A stretch of DNA of 63,577 bases, counting the filler, from Pelomyxa schiedti (taxonomy: Eukaryota > Protista > Evosea): NCBI GenBank assembly GCA_020536535.1. It is 3 parts of 3 records of this genome, joined end to end, with 100 filler letters (N's around TTAATTAATTAA, not from the genome) between each part and the next. Parts side by side here need not be neighbours in the genome. Positions count along the whole stretch, not along the records: positions 1 to 31,924 come from JAHLWZ010000353.1; 2 more parts are not named here. One strand, written 5' to 3'. Below are positions 12,643 through 23,373 of this stretch, piece by piece (position 1 is the first letter of the stretch; every line of letters begins with the position of its first letter). The notes beneath the pieces are model-generated. The model saw only the letters and a program-made list of their open reading frames with translations, ran no database searches and was not told the origin of the DNA. Made by a program: the position numbers and the translations under genes.

Positions 12643-14755
12643 ATGCAACCGACCCCAACTACCACTACCGCCCAGAAACCACGAGGTCCCCCGCCGCCTC
12701 CCCCATCACATAGTCTCAAGCCCGCGGCCCCCAAGCCACGGTCCCTCACGCCTCCCCCCTCTCGCTCCCTGCCGCCCCCGCCTCCCCCTGCCGCCGCCGT
12801 CGCCCCACCCCCTCCCTCTCGCGGGGCCCTCCCCCCGCCCCCGCCCCCCTCGCTCCCGTCCTCTGCCAGCACATCTGCATCCACATCCACATCCGCAGGC
12901 ACGCCCGCCGCAGCCCCTCCTGCCATCCTCGTCACCCTCCCGGGGCTGTCCTCTCCGCCGCCGCCCACGCCGCCGTCGGCCGCGGCCACATCGTCCGCCG
13001 CGGCTTTGGCCCCCCCTGCATCGCGGCCCAGGAGTAAATCAGACGAGGGGAAGCACCACGTGGGTGGGTGGAAGGAGCGTGCCATGGAGACCTGCTCCAA
13101 GTTGAAGGTTCCTTCCACTTTCCCCAAATTTATGTAAGTGAACCTGATGCCCACGCCATAGTCTGGAGTGAAGGATATTACACATTCTGTAAAGGAGGAC
13201 TTGCAGGTGAATCCTTCCCTGGGCCGTTTTTTTTTTTTTTCTTCTCCTTCTGATGGCATGTTGCTGTTCCTTGATTGACTAATCGCGTTTTAAGGTTGTG
13301 CTTGATGGGGAACCCCGTGAGCGCCAAATGCCTGATGGGACACGTGTTATAGTCTATCCTCTCCTACCTGCCTTACTCTTTGGCACGCCAACAGTACCGG
13401 GATCGTTGAACTTAAATGAAGATTACGAAGGATACGACGATGTACTACTCTCTTGTAATGCTTTTAAGTCATTGAGAGCGCGGAATTAATTGTTATCTAT
13501 TCTATAGCGGCATCACAAGCCATCAACTGAATGGCAATCTGTCACCCCTGGTCCACCACCACCTCCTAACGTGCAATTCCTTGCGCTAGATTCTGCCACT
13601 AGAGCGCTTCCTAATGTTTCCACAATACCAGAGCTTGTCAATGCATTACAGTCCACCATCACACATTCAACAACTTCCGCAGCTGCCGCCTCAGACCAAT
13701 GGCAACTCTTGCGTGCTATCTATGTGTGGGTAGCTGAGAATATAACATATGATGTGGACGCCTACCGGACTGGAACTCGACTGCCTTGTGACCCACAATC
13801 AGTTTTTTCCATGCGCAAAGGTGTCTGCCAAGGCATTTCCAACTTGACTGTGAAGTTATGCGTGCTTTGTGGGATCCATGCTCGTGTAGTATTAGGCTGG
13901 GGCAAAGGTGCTGGGTATCAGGAAGGTCAACAGTTGGGACAACCAAACCACGCCTGGGTTCTTGCTCGAATTCCAGGAAGTGGTGACTACTTACTTGATG
14001 TAGCTTGGGCTGCTGGGGCATGTGATGCCACACTTACCCGCTTTATTAAGCAATTTTCCGCATGCTGGTTTGGGACAGATCCTTCTCTCTTTGCACTTAC
14101 GCATTTGCCTCATCCACCTCACACCCGATTTGCCTTGCTCCCAAATGCGGAACTTCCCTCTTGTACGACTTTCGAATCCGCGAAATTCTACCCAACCGGG
14201 TTCATACAACGACTAGTTGATTCTGGATTCCCACAACGCTCGTTGGCAACACTGGCTACATCCAGGGGAGCAAGCACTGGTGTGGCAAAACTACCCGACC
14301 CCAGTAATTTGGATAGAATTGTCAGACTGGGGTATATATTTTGGATCACATCTTCCACCGTTACTCATCTCAAAACCACAGATTCTCCCCAGATGAGATT
14401 GTAAATATCTCTCTTGCCGGTGGGGACCTGGTTCATGCCTATGACACAGACCCCGGAGTTTCTATATCTGTATTACAAGCACCTCTTACCCATATTATAA
14501 AGAGAGGCACCTCCCATATCATAAGGATAAAATCCAACACAGAAATGGGAGTCGCCTTCGAGATTGGTGGCAAATGGACACACTTAGCAAAGGTACCTCT
14601 CGATTTCACAGTTTCATTTGTGTTCTAACTTCGTCCTTCAGAAAGGTACAACTTTTGAGGCAGAGTTGCAAGCTACAAAGGATGGAAAAGTTGGACTCCT
14701 ATGTAGCAAAGACCTTAGAAATTTTCAATGTATCTTGGAATGGGTGGTTGTGTAA
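12643..14755 (+). CDS. Transglutaminase-like protein (kyphoscoliosis peptidase/Cyk3-type) with Pro-rich N-terminus
   Basis: RAIYVWVAENITYD, KGVCQGISNL (Cys), NHAWV (His), LLDVAWAAG (Asp) catalytic triad; poly-Pro first exon. Confidence 0.85.
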
Positions 14756-14915
14756 AGCGCAAAATATTATGCTAAGCTTGTTTTGCACAAACAAAAACAA
14801 ACGTTTTGTGAAAACTTGTTTTTGTGTTGGATTCTTGTTGTGGACCATAGGTAAGGTAGTTGCCTTTTTGTGTTGCAGTGACAACAAAAGGGCGAGCAAA
14901 AGAAGTACAAAAGAA

Positions 14916-16089
14916 TCAGCAACATCCCTTGGACTCTGTCTTTGTTGTAAGGTCCACAGAATCAGGAGCTGGACCCCCCCGAATTGGAGGATTGTCTGTG
15001 GTGGTGGTAGGAGTCTCCGGGCTGGATAAAAATTAATTGTGGCCAGTACTGCCGGCTCTACTCACTTGACTTGAATGCCTTGGAATATCAGCTGAGCTGT
15101 GCGAAGGAAACTTTCCTCAACATTTGATCCCCTGATTAAAAGAAAGAAGGAATTGAGAAGTAGAATGGGGGAAAAAAATTCTCACGTTTTAGCACTTGTT
15201 TCTGTGAATTGAAGACCTATCAAGGAAACCGTCATTTATTTGAAAATTAGGCACTCATATAAATTTGTTTTGTTAAAAAAAAAAAAAAACCGTGTTGATC
15301 AGCAAACTCCTTTGCTTCCGCGTAGGTTACCTCTCTCTGGTCTTCTAAATCACTCTTCGAACCAATGAGCATAATCACTGTGCTAGCACTCGTAAGGTTG
15401 CGTGCATCAGTTAACCAGCTTGTCAGGTGGTTGAATGTAACTCGCCTGGAAGTTAGAAGTTAGGAGACTCTACTAACTGTGATGTCTAAGATCACCTGCT
15501 AATATCATAACACAAAAGAGCACCTTGTTTTAAATTAATGCAAATAGGTGGAAAAAAGCTATTTACCAGCCGCGCCTCTGTAGTAGGACCGGCACACAGC
15601 ACTGTAAAAAGAATAAACAAGAATAAAGGGTAGACTAAAAGTGCCACAAACCGGAATCTCTCTTGGCCAGCTGTGTCCTGAGATGGAATTAGATTAGGAG
15701 CCTTTTTGGGTTTCCTCCAAGCCCACATACCCAAATTTGTAATTTCACTTTTTTGCTGTTAACTTCTATTATTCTGGTGCCAAATTCCACGCCAATAGTG
15801 TGAGGGCAATCAGAAATAACTATACACGTGCTGGTAAGTGGTAATAATATACACATGGGTTTGAGAACATTTTTTTTCAGTGAATTGATGCAATAAGCAA
15901 CTTTTTCCCACACCAGTGTCACCTTAAAAACCGTGAATAAGCACGAACTTCGAACTCGCGTCTTTAAAAACTCGGTTTCTCGTGGGGGAAAAAATACGAC
16001 AATGGCATGCCTATGATGATATATTTGAAGATGTATTCATACGGCAGAGACGACGATGTTGCGGTTGTTGTGCCTCCTGTCTTCGCCAT
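14916..16089 (-). CDS. RAB14: Rab GTPase, Rab14-like, about 10 exons
   Basis: [60 protein letters not shown]-terminal GCC prenylation site. Confidence 0.9.
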
Positions 16090-16362
16090 CGACGTCTCAA
16101 AAACACCCTTTGTTGTCCGGTTTTTTTTTTTTTTTTGTTTTGATCTCTTCCCGATCACCCAAAAATAATCAATTTTTTCTCAGTTTCCCCCCATCACTCC
16201 CAATGAACTTGGGGCGTTTCCCCTGTGGCGCCACTTCCCTGCCCCAATAAAACACAGTTCTCCCATTAGTGAGTCTCACTCCAAATGAAAGGGGGGCTGA
16301 TCAGTTTTTCGAGCTAAACGGGTTGCCCCTCTGAGACATTCAGCAAATCGGTAATTGAAACG

Positions 16363-17402
16363 ATGTGGGACACATTGCCACAGTGTGCAGTCGTTGGCGT
16401 TGTAGAAAGCCTGAACAGTGTTAAAGACAAGATGTCAATTACAGGGGTGTGCAGAGGTTGGAGGGATGCAGCCGTGAGGTTCGTCTTTCACTTTCGGAAA
16501 TGTTTGTAATGGAATAGTGTGTCACTGTTCTGTTAGAGCACTACTTTTGTCAGTTGAGAAGGAATTGAGTGGCCTGAAGAGGGTGCCTTATGCGGAGGCG
16601 CGAATCAAGGCGCGTTTTTGAAAATTGGTTTGCTTATGGGATGGGTCAAATGAAGAAACCGAGAAATCACAGACACCTGCATTAAAATTGAAGGATTGAT
16701 CACTCATTTCATTTTCACCAGTCTACTTTGGATAAGTGGCCTTTCAGTCGTGAATCGTTCAAACTGCATGAGTACTTATATATGCAAGATACTACACTCA
16801 ATGCCAATGATGGCACTTTATTCCGCATTTTAGTGCAGTTTTCCTTTATCCCTCCAGGGGGATTATGGCCCCTGCAAGTTAAAATCTTCCAGGTTTGGCC
16901 TCTCTGGTTTCCTTTCTCTGCAAGCATATTCTCCTAGGACTTGAAGGATTTTTGGTCTTCTGGTTCTGATGTCGTTGAGCTATTGGGAATCAGTGTCACA
17001 CTTCCCGGGTGCTCCGACTGTTTCAAGTGCAACCTTGAATGGGCGCGGTCACATGACAACACCCACATCGTAGGCCCACAGACTGAACACGGTGAATACC
17101 TCACAAAGCTTCGCTCACACATGGGACTTGGAAGCTGGGCTCCAGCAAGATTCTGGGAGTTCCTGCTAACCATTATCACATGTGACCCGGAATTGGCTCA
17201 CGCTTGTGCCAGTGACCTAAGGACAATCTCTTACGTGCAGTACTTTGATCTATGCAATTTGCACAAGGCCCACACAGAGAACTTCTTCTGTATCAAGAAC
17301 AAGACTGGGTATAAATGGGGCCCTGGATACCGTGACCGTGTTGAGGAGTGGTTATGGAACACACAGAGAGATGTTCCTCTACCCCACCCTCGGGATTCAT
17401 AA
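16363..17402 (+). CDS. F-box-like hypothetical protein, multi-exon
   Basis: N-terminus MWDTLPQCAVVGVVESL..KDKMSITGVCRGWR fits the F-box pattern; downstream exons are uncharacterised. Confidence 0.5.
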
Positions 17403-17456
17403 ACAAAAAAAAAATCAAAGTTGTTTGGGTTTTCTGGATTGGAGCTTATTTACCAC

Positions 17457-19080
17457 TTAGGGATCAACCCAGAACGTGGACTTGGCTTGCTCAAGAATTT
17501 GGAATATCAGTCTGTTAGGGTCTGTAGGCAAAAGACGTCCGCTGTGACCTTCTATCCACCTTTTTTTCTGTGAGGATGCACGAAAAGAGTGGCTGTGAAA
17601 TGTACCTATTGGGAATTCCTTGAATGCCATGTAGGGCACCAACACACCCACCAACAATACTTGCAATTGTGTCATTGTCCTTAGTGTCATTGACGGCTCT
17701 GAGTAGGTAGATGTTAGAAATTTAGAGGTGAAAAAGTCTGAACTGGCTGGCACCTTATTATGGCCTCTTCTGCATTATCACCATGCTTCATAAGAATATA
17801 CAGTACACAAGGAACAGTTTCCATGAGGAATGCGCCACTGTGCCATGAAGTGCATCCCTCCAGAACAGACATATTTGTTGTGTAGGCATGGCGCAAACGA
17901 GTCTAAGCGCCTCGATTAGGTTGGTGTTTGTTCACTAAAGCGAAGGTTGACTTACATCACAGAACTCCCACAAGAAGTATTTCGTCTCTTGGGAGGGAAG
18001 GTTACGTGGAGCAAACTTCTCTGTTTCAAGTTGTTTGGCAATGGATACAAATGTGTCCAGATACCTTGCAAGAACATTATTAGTTCAATGGCGCTTTAAA
18101 CAGAATTACACACCACATTGGTGGTGGAGGTGCTGACATGCACAAAAGCTCCCACAGCATAAATGAAAATGCCACACAGGAGGCTATGCCCATTGAATTG
18201 TTGTGCGAGACTGCACTTAGAACAACTGCATCCATCCAGGGGTTTGTCACCATGTGTTCCGCACCTGTTCCAGATGCTGTAGTACTGGTAGATGAGGTTG
18301 CTTCAGATACTTGATGTACTGCAGCCCCGCAGATAGAAGCCTTGATATGCGGAAGTAAAACTGGTGTGATTCGCATCAGGCTTCCATTGCTTGCGGCATC
18401 TATTCCGCACTTCATCCACTCCCCTAATGCTATGTCTGGAGGGGCCAGAGCCCGAAAATTCCTAATGAACCCAGCAGTTGTGGAGCCACCTCCAGTCTGA
18501 GGCCTTGCAAGCCGATCAGCCACATTGTATGGCACAAATCCACCATCCTCTATAGTGAGAGTAAGTCCAAAAAGTGCATTTTCGCTTCCACTTCGCAGGG
18601 TGATAGTGCAGATGAGTATCGGTTTGTTTTAAAATCCACATTGATTTTGTGGATAAAATTAGGGAGTGGTACTAACTATCACACACTGGTCATTTGGTCT
18701 ATTGTCCAGAATGTAGTCTGGGTGTCATCCGTCGCCTTGCCCTGAAGAGGCAGCACTGGTCTCCTTGGATTCTCCTGCACGTAATCACGCACCTGGCCAT
18801 ACACGCTTTGCCTCTCCTCTGGCAGCATGGTCTCTGACGGTGCTCCCAGTGCATCACCTACCTACCTTGTTTCTTATTTATGGGACACAGAGCACACCCA
18901 TCAAGGGGGCAACGAACCTACCGCCACTCCAATCAACATCCCGTGGACTTTTTCCCACGTTCCCGCCGTGTGGGGCAGGGCCCTGGGCGCCACCGAGAAT
19001 ATTTCCCCACGACGAAACTTGCCAGTGCTGCAAAAGTACTCAAACGCCTCGCGTGGGCCAACAGTGCTATTTGAAGCCAT
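17457..19080 (-). CDS. ADP-ribosylglycohydrolase (ARH/DraG family)
   Basis: GVAVGDALGAP, TDDTQ, SNGSLMRITP, AVNDTKDNDTIASIVG..VGALHG..IP metal-binding motifs. Confidence 0.9.
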
Positions 19081-19164
19081 TTCGAAAGTTCGGTTTATTT
19101 TGTTTTTATCCCCTTTTCAAAGGATTTTGGTTTGTTGTGGCTTGTTTGTAGACAGGTCCAGCCG

Positions 19165-21622
19165 TTAGAGTGGACAATGAGCGTCGACTGCACAGGCATA
19201 CAACTCCTATGAGAGGTGGTGAGGATGGGGTGGACTTAGACGAGATAAAAACCTTGGTGCAGAGACAGAAGTCACTGGTTTGGTGCATGGATGAGAGGCA
19301 CACCGGGTACTGATTGCGGCAAGCAGTTTGCTCGGCGGAGTCACATGTGGGAGTGACAACGGATGATTCATCGGGTACATCGGTACCTTAGTTACGAGAT
19401 AAGTGCAACGTAATAGGAGGAGAGCCACATACTTGGACAGGCATCAGAAAAAAGGGTATTATAGACTGCAGCAATCATCTGGTGATGGGTATCCAAATCC
19501 ATTGCCCAAAACATTGCACCGCCAAGCTGTTTCTGGCAAAGGTAGAGGGTCTTAGTATGGTGTGTATCCAAAGTGTCATAGGTGACAAATTGATTCCCCT
19601 TGAATGCAAATGCAGTCTGATTGTCGTAAGGTCATTGAACGAGATTGAGAAACATCTCACCGTAGTACTGCTGTCAACTGCTGAAGTTGCTCCACCTTTT
19701 ACAAACGCATCTATTTCAAAGGAGGAAAGGAAACCACCTTTGGAGGTGATGAGCAAAAAGAAAAAATAAAGTATTTCCAACCTTCTTGTGTACAGACACC
19801 TGCAGTTCCTGGACCTATGGCGGCAGCCCCGTACCGTGTGGCGGAGGTGCTACTTTGCGCTAATGTCCTACGAAAAACCGTCAGTAAGACAGAAAGGAAA
19901 CATTTTGACATACCAGGTGCGACCATAGGCAGCCAATCCAAGAATAAGTTTCTCTGAGGGAACCCCTGCACTCAAGTACAACTAGGTGTAAATTGTATTA
20001 GAATTAGAGAAACTTGCTGTAACGGTCTACTTGAACTGCATGGTCAATTGATAAGCCGTCGGTGGAATGAAGAGCGGTATGTGGCCCCACCACATTGTCC
20101 CAGGATCCCTGCATTTAGGTTAGGCTTTAAGTGGATCAAGAGTGTATGGTACATGTAGATCATAAGTCATGAGATTTATCCAGTCCACTTAGGCAAAAAA
20201 AAAAAATTTAGCATGGCCAAAAAGGCTAAGTCATACAGTATTGGTGGAACTGGTTCACTTGTAACAATTGAATCTTAGCTTCTCCGGCAGGAGCAGCGAT
20301 CGTAAGCAATAGTTTGTTAGCTGCATGCTCAGCGTCAATTGCAGCTCGTAACTCCTTCAATAACCTGAGAATGGGGTAGCACATATCGAATTAATGGAGG
20401 GATACACACAGAGTGAAGTTTGGGGTGTCCTGAGGCCGCCCACCTTGGTCAGGGAAAGCAGGATACTCCCAATCAATATCAATTCCTTTTTGATGTGAAA
20501 ATTGAATTGAATTTAGTGAAGTGCTGAAACCATCAAATCCGTGATCCCTGGCATATTTAATAGCGCTTTGGATGAAGACTTGTCTGTTTGAACTTGTTTC
20601 TGCCATTGAGCTGAAGTAGTGCTTGGTGGGTTCATTGTAGTTGAAGTTCCAACCACCAATGCTTATAAGAGTCTTGAGTGCAGGATATTGTGTCTACTTG
20701 CAGGTTTACTTGAGAAAGAAAGGAAATGAACTATAAACCTTTAAAGCCTGGATTTGGGTGTAAAAATCGAAGTCGTCCCATTCGTAGTTAGTGACAGTGA
20801 ACTGCGGTGTAATCACTGCAAACGCCTGTATATACTTAAGAAGATGTGGGAAAAAAGTGGCATACATAGTTGATGTGGGTGATATGAGAAGCATCAACAT
20901 TACTTGGAGTATACCGGCAGGGATAGCCATTCAAATTTCTGAATCTCGTTGGTATAATGGCACTAAAGTAAAAACATACGCAGTATGGTACTGGGGCCAA
21001 TTGGTAAAGTACGCCACCAATTTCTTATCGCCAGAAGGAGTAACTGGGGTAGGTGCAACAGAAGAGTCTCCAGTGGAAGGTTCAGGCACTACCGACGATT
21101 CTACAGGGATAACTGAGCCACTCCATACAGAGCCAGCCGCCCCTATGATTAGGGTTAGTTTAGAGAACTTGTAGCGCTCGGAATACCTTGGCAATCACTT
21201 GGGGGAGACGCTGAGGGCCTAAACCGTGATTCAGAAAAAAAAGGAGGGAAAATAGCATGTTGCAAACCAATTGCAGGGACTGGATGTAGTACTGCCACAC
21301 TGGCAAACTGTGCCACTTGCACAAGCATTCATGGTAGGAGTAACGCTGCCGTAGCACCACGCATACTGCAGGAAAACTGTGTAAGAGATCTCGCAAAAAA
21401 AAAAAAAAAAAAAAAAAAACCTATCACATAAAACGAGTATCGTGTAGTGCAACAGTGTTGCGAAGTGGAATAAAAGATGACAAACAAAAGAAAAAACAAG
21501 TTACGTGCCCTCGATGAGTCGAGACAGTAGAAACCAGTAGCGAGACCACTACAATCAGTTCGATCGCAATAGCTGAGCGAACACAGTATCGCAAATACAC
21601 CGGCAATCGCAAGTGACCGCAT
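19165..21622 (-). CDS. Secreted GH18 chitinase with N- and C-terminal Cys-rich modules
   Basis: Signal peptide, Cys-rich N-domain, S/T/P linker, [27 protein letters not shown] (DxDxE), [23 protein letters not shown]. Confidence 0.93.
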
Positions 21623-21939
21623 GTTGCCAACAAGATCCAATGGGGAAAAAAATGAAAGTAAAGTCTGACTCGCCGCACTTGGTCCTTATAAGGACCCCTT
21701 TTTGCGACACTCGCCGAAACGCAGCATTAGCCTAACCACCTCCAAACTTTTTTCCCCTTTTGCTTTTTGCCCAAGTTGGATGGTGGGGCAAGAAAAAAGT
21801 AGATCCACCATCAGCCTATCTGCAAGGCTTCGCGTGAGAGATAAGGTTGCAAGAGTGTTCTGCTGCGCTGTGACCGAACCTGCCCCAAGGCATTTTTTGT
21901 TTAAACGAAACGGCTCAAGGTTAGCTTTTTAGAAACCCA

Positions 21940-22972
21940 ATGGAGTACGAGCACGCGCCGTTGTTGAGTGAAGGTGGTGAGACACCAACAGCAACTGCTA
22001 CTGCCGCCAGTGCAGGAGCTCCTACAGTTCCTGATAAGGAAAGACGTGCTCTGGAGTATTACACTGGTGGGCCCGCCTTTCACTTTTTTCCCCCCATTTG
22101 CGTTATGTCCAATCGGGATGTTAATTATAGTTGTGTGGTGTGGCACATTTTTTTTTTTTGTTTGTGTGTGTGTTTCTTTTTTGTTTGACCTGTATTTTGT
22201 AATAATAACACCAAGGGCACGAGAAAACACTGCACTGGGCAGTATGTATCCTAAACTGAAACTTCTCGTTCACACTAACATTTTGGTGTTGCCTAGTTTC
22301 TGGGCTGCGTTTTGTTCAACTTTCTGGATTTTTTAGCGAATATAGTGATTGCAGTTTTGGCTCTTGCTGTAATTCTAATGAGGTCAGACGCTGACCCACA
22401 ATATACCTGTGACAGCGACGCTGTATACCCTTATCTCATTGTCACTGTAATTATGTACTATACTAAGTAAATATTGCACTCTTACGTTACCTTGCAGCTA
22501 TATTATTATGGGCTTGATAAATCTATGGCAGACCATCTTTGTTTTCACGGAGAGAGGGAAACTTCTCGCTGAAGTGAGAAGAGGAGTTGCACCACGAGGG
22601 AAATGCAAGCTTTTTGGCTTCATAATTGGTGCACTGAACCCAACAAACTTGATCCTCACCATTATAGCCACGGTGTTTTTGGGCAAGGGGTGCTATGGTG
22701 AAGACGGTGAAAAGAGCCTCACTGTTATGAAGCTCACAGTGATAGGAATGTGGGGAGAATTTATCTTCTCACAAATCATTACCATGACAGTTCTTATCTA
22801 CCGAATGCCAGTTTTGATGCTTTACGCTCCATCCGTTCGCCTGGATATGCCCCTCAACGATGTGTGTCAATACTCAATCCAGCATTACCTTACTAACACT
22901 TCCATAAAAACCAATACACAGTTATACCACGCAGTACAAAACAAACTCGACCAAAAATTTGGTGCACATTAA
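21940..22972 (+). CDS. Multi-pass membrane hypothetical protein, multi-exon
   Basis: MEYEHAPLL N-terminus and several hydrophobic segments in spliced exons; no family recognised. Confidence 0.55.
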
Positions 22973-23044
22973 TTTTGCTTTCCACTTGTCACGTTGCTTT
23001 CCCCTTGCAATCTTTTCGTTTCTTTGCCTTCAAAATTTGAACTG

Positions 23045-23052
23045 TCCCATAA
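23045..23052 (+). promoter_or_regulatory. DUSE-like snRNA upstream element TCCCATAA
   Basis: Matches the Dictyostelium upstream sequence element consensus WCCCAYAA and lies 62 nt upstream of the U1 5' end. Confidence 0.65.
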
Positions 23053-23106
23053 TTCCGGGGGAAAAACCCCGAGGCTTGTGCGCGAAAGGGAAGGAGAAAG
23101 TTCTTC

Positions 23107-23265
23107 ATACATACCTGGTTGTACACACCGTTGATCAATGAGGACTGGTGTGTTGTCGTTGCCTTTGAGCTTGCACTCTCTCAGGGACGCGGCATGGATC
23201 TCCGAAAGGAGAGCCCAGCAACGTAATTTTTGTTGAGCTGGAGTCTGCGTCTCGTGCGCGACTCC
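23107..23265 (+). ncRNA. U1: U1 spliceosomal snRNA with variant 5' arm (AUACAUACCUG)
   Basis: 5' ATACATACCTG; helix H GTTG/CAAC; SL1 ACACACC-GTT/GAC-GGTGTGT with loop GATCAATGAG (U1-70K site); SL2 with loop CTTGCACTCT (U1A site); SL3 TCTCC-GAAA-GGAGA; Sm site AATTTTTG at 23225-23232; SL4 GGAGTC...GACTCC; about 160 nt. Confidence 0.92.
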
Positions 23266-23373
23266 TTTTTAAGAAAGAAAAAAGAACGAAGAGGCAAAAA
23301 CAGAGGCAGGGGATTGTTGTCTTTGGGTTTCTGTCCTTGTTTTCCCTTACAAAAAGCAACTTTTCAAACGAAA

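Noticed and set aside
12324-13259. 311-aa antisense ORF, and similar overlapping ORFs at 28333-28788, 42785-43522, 48197-48972 and 56686-57251
   Set aside because: Shadow ORFs caused by stop-poor GC-rich low-complexity exons.
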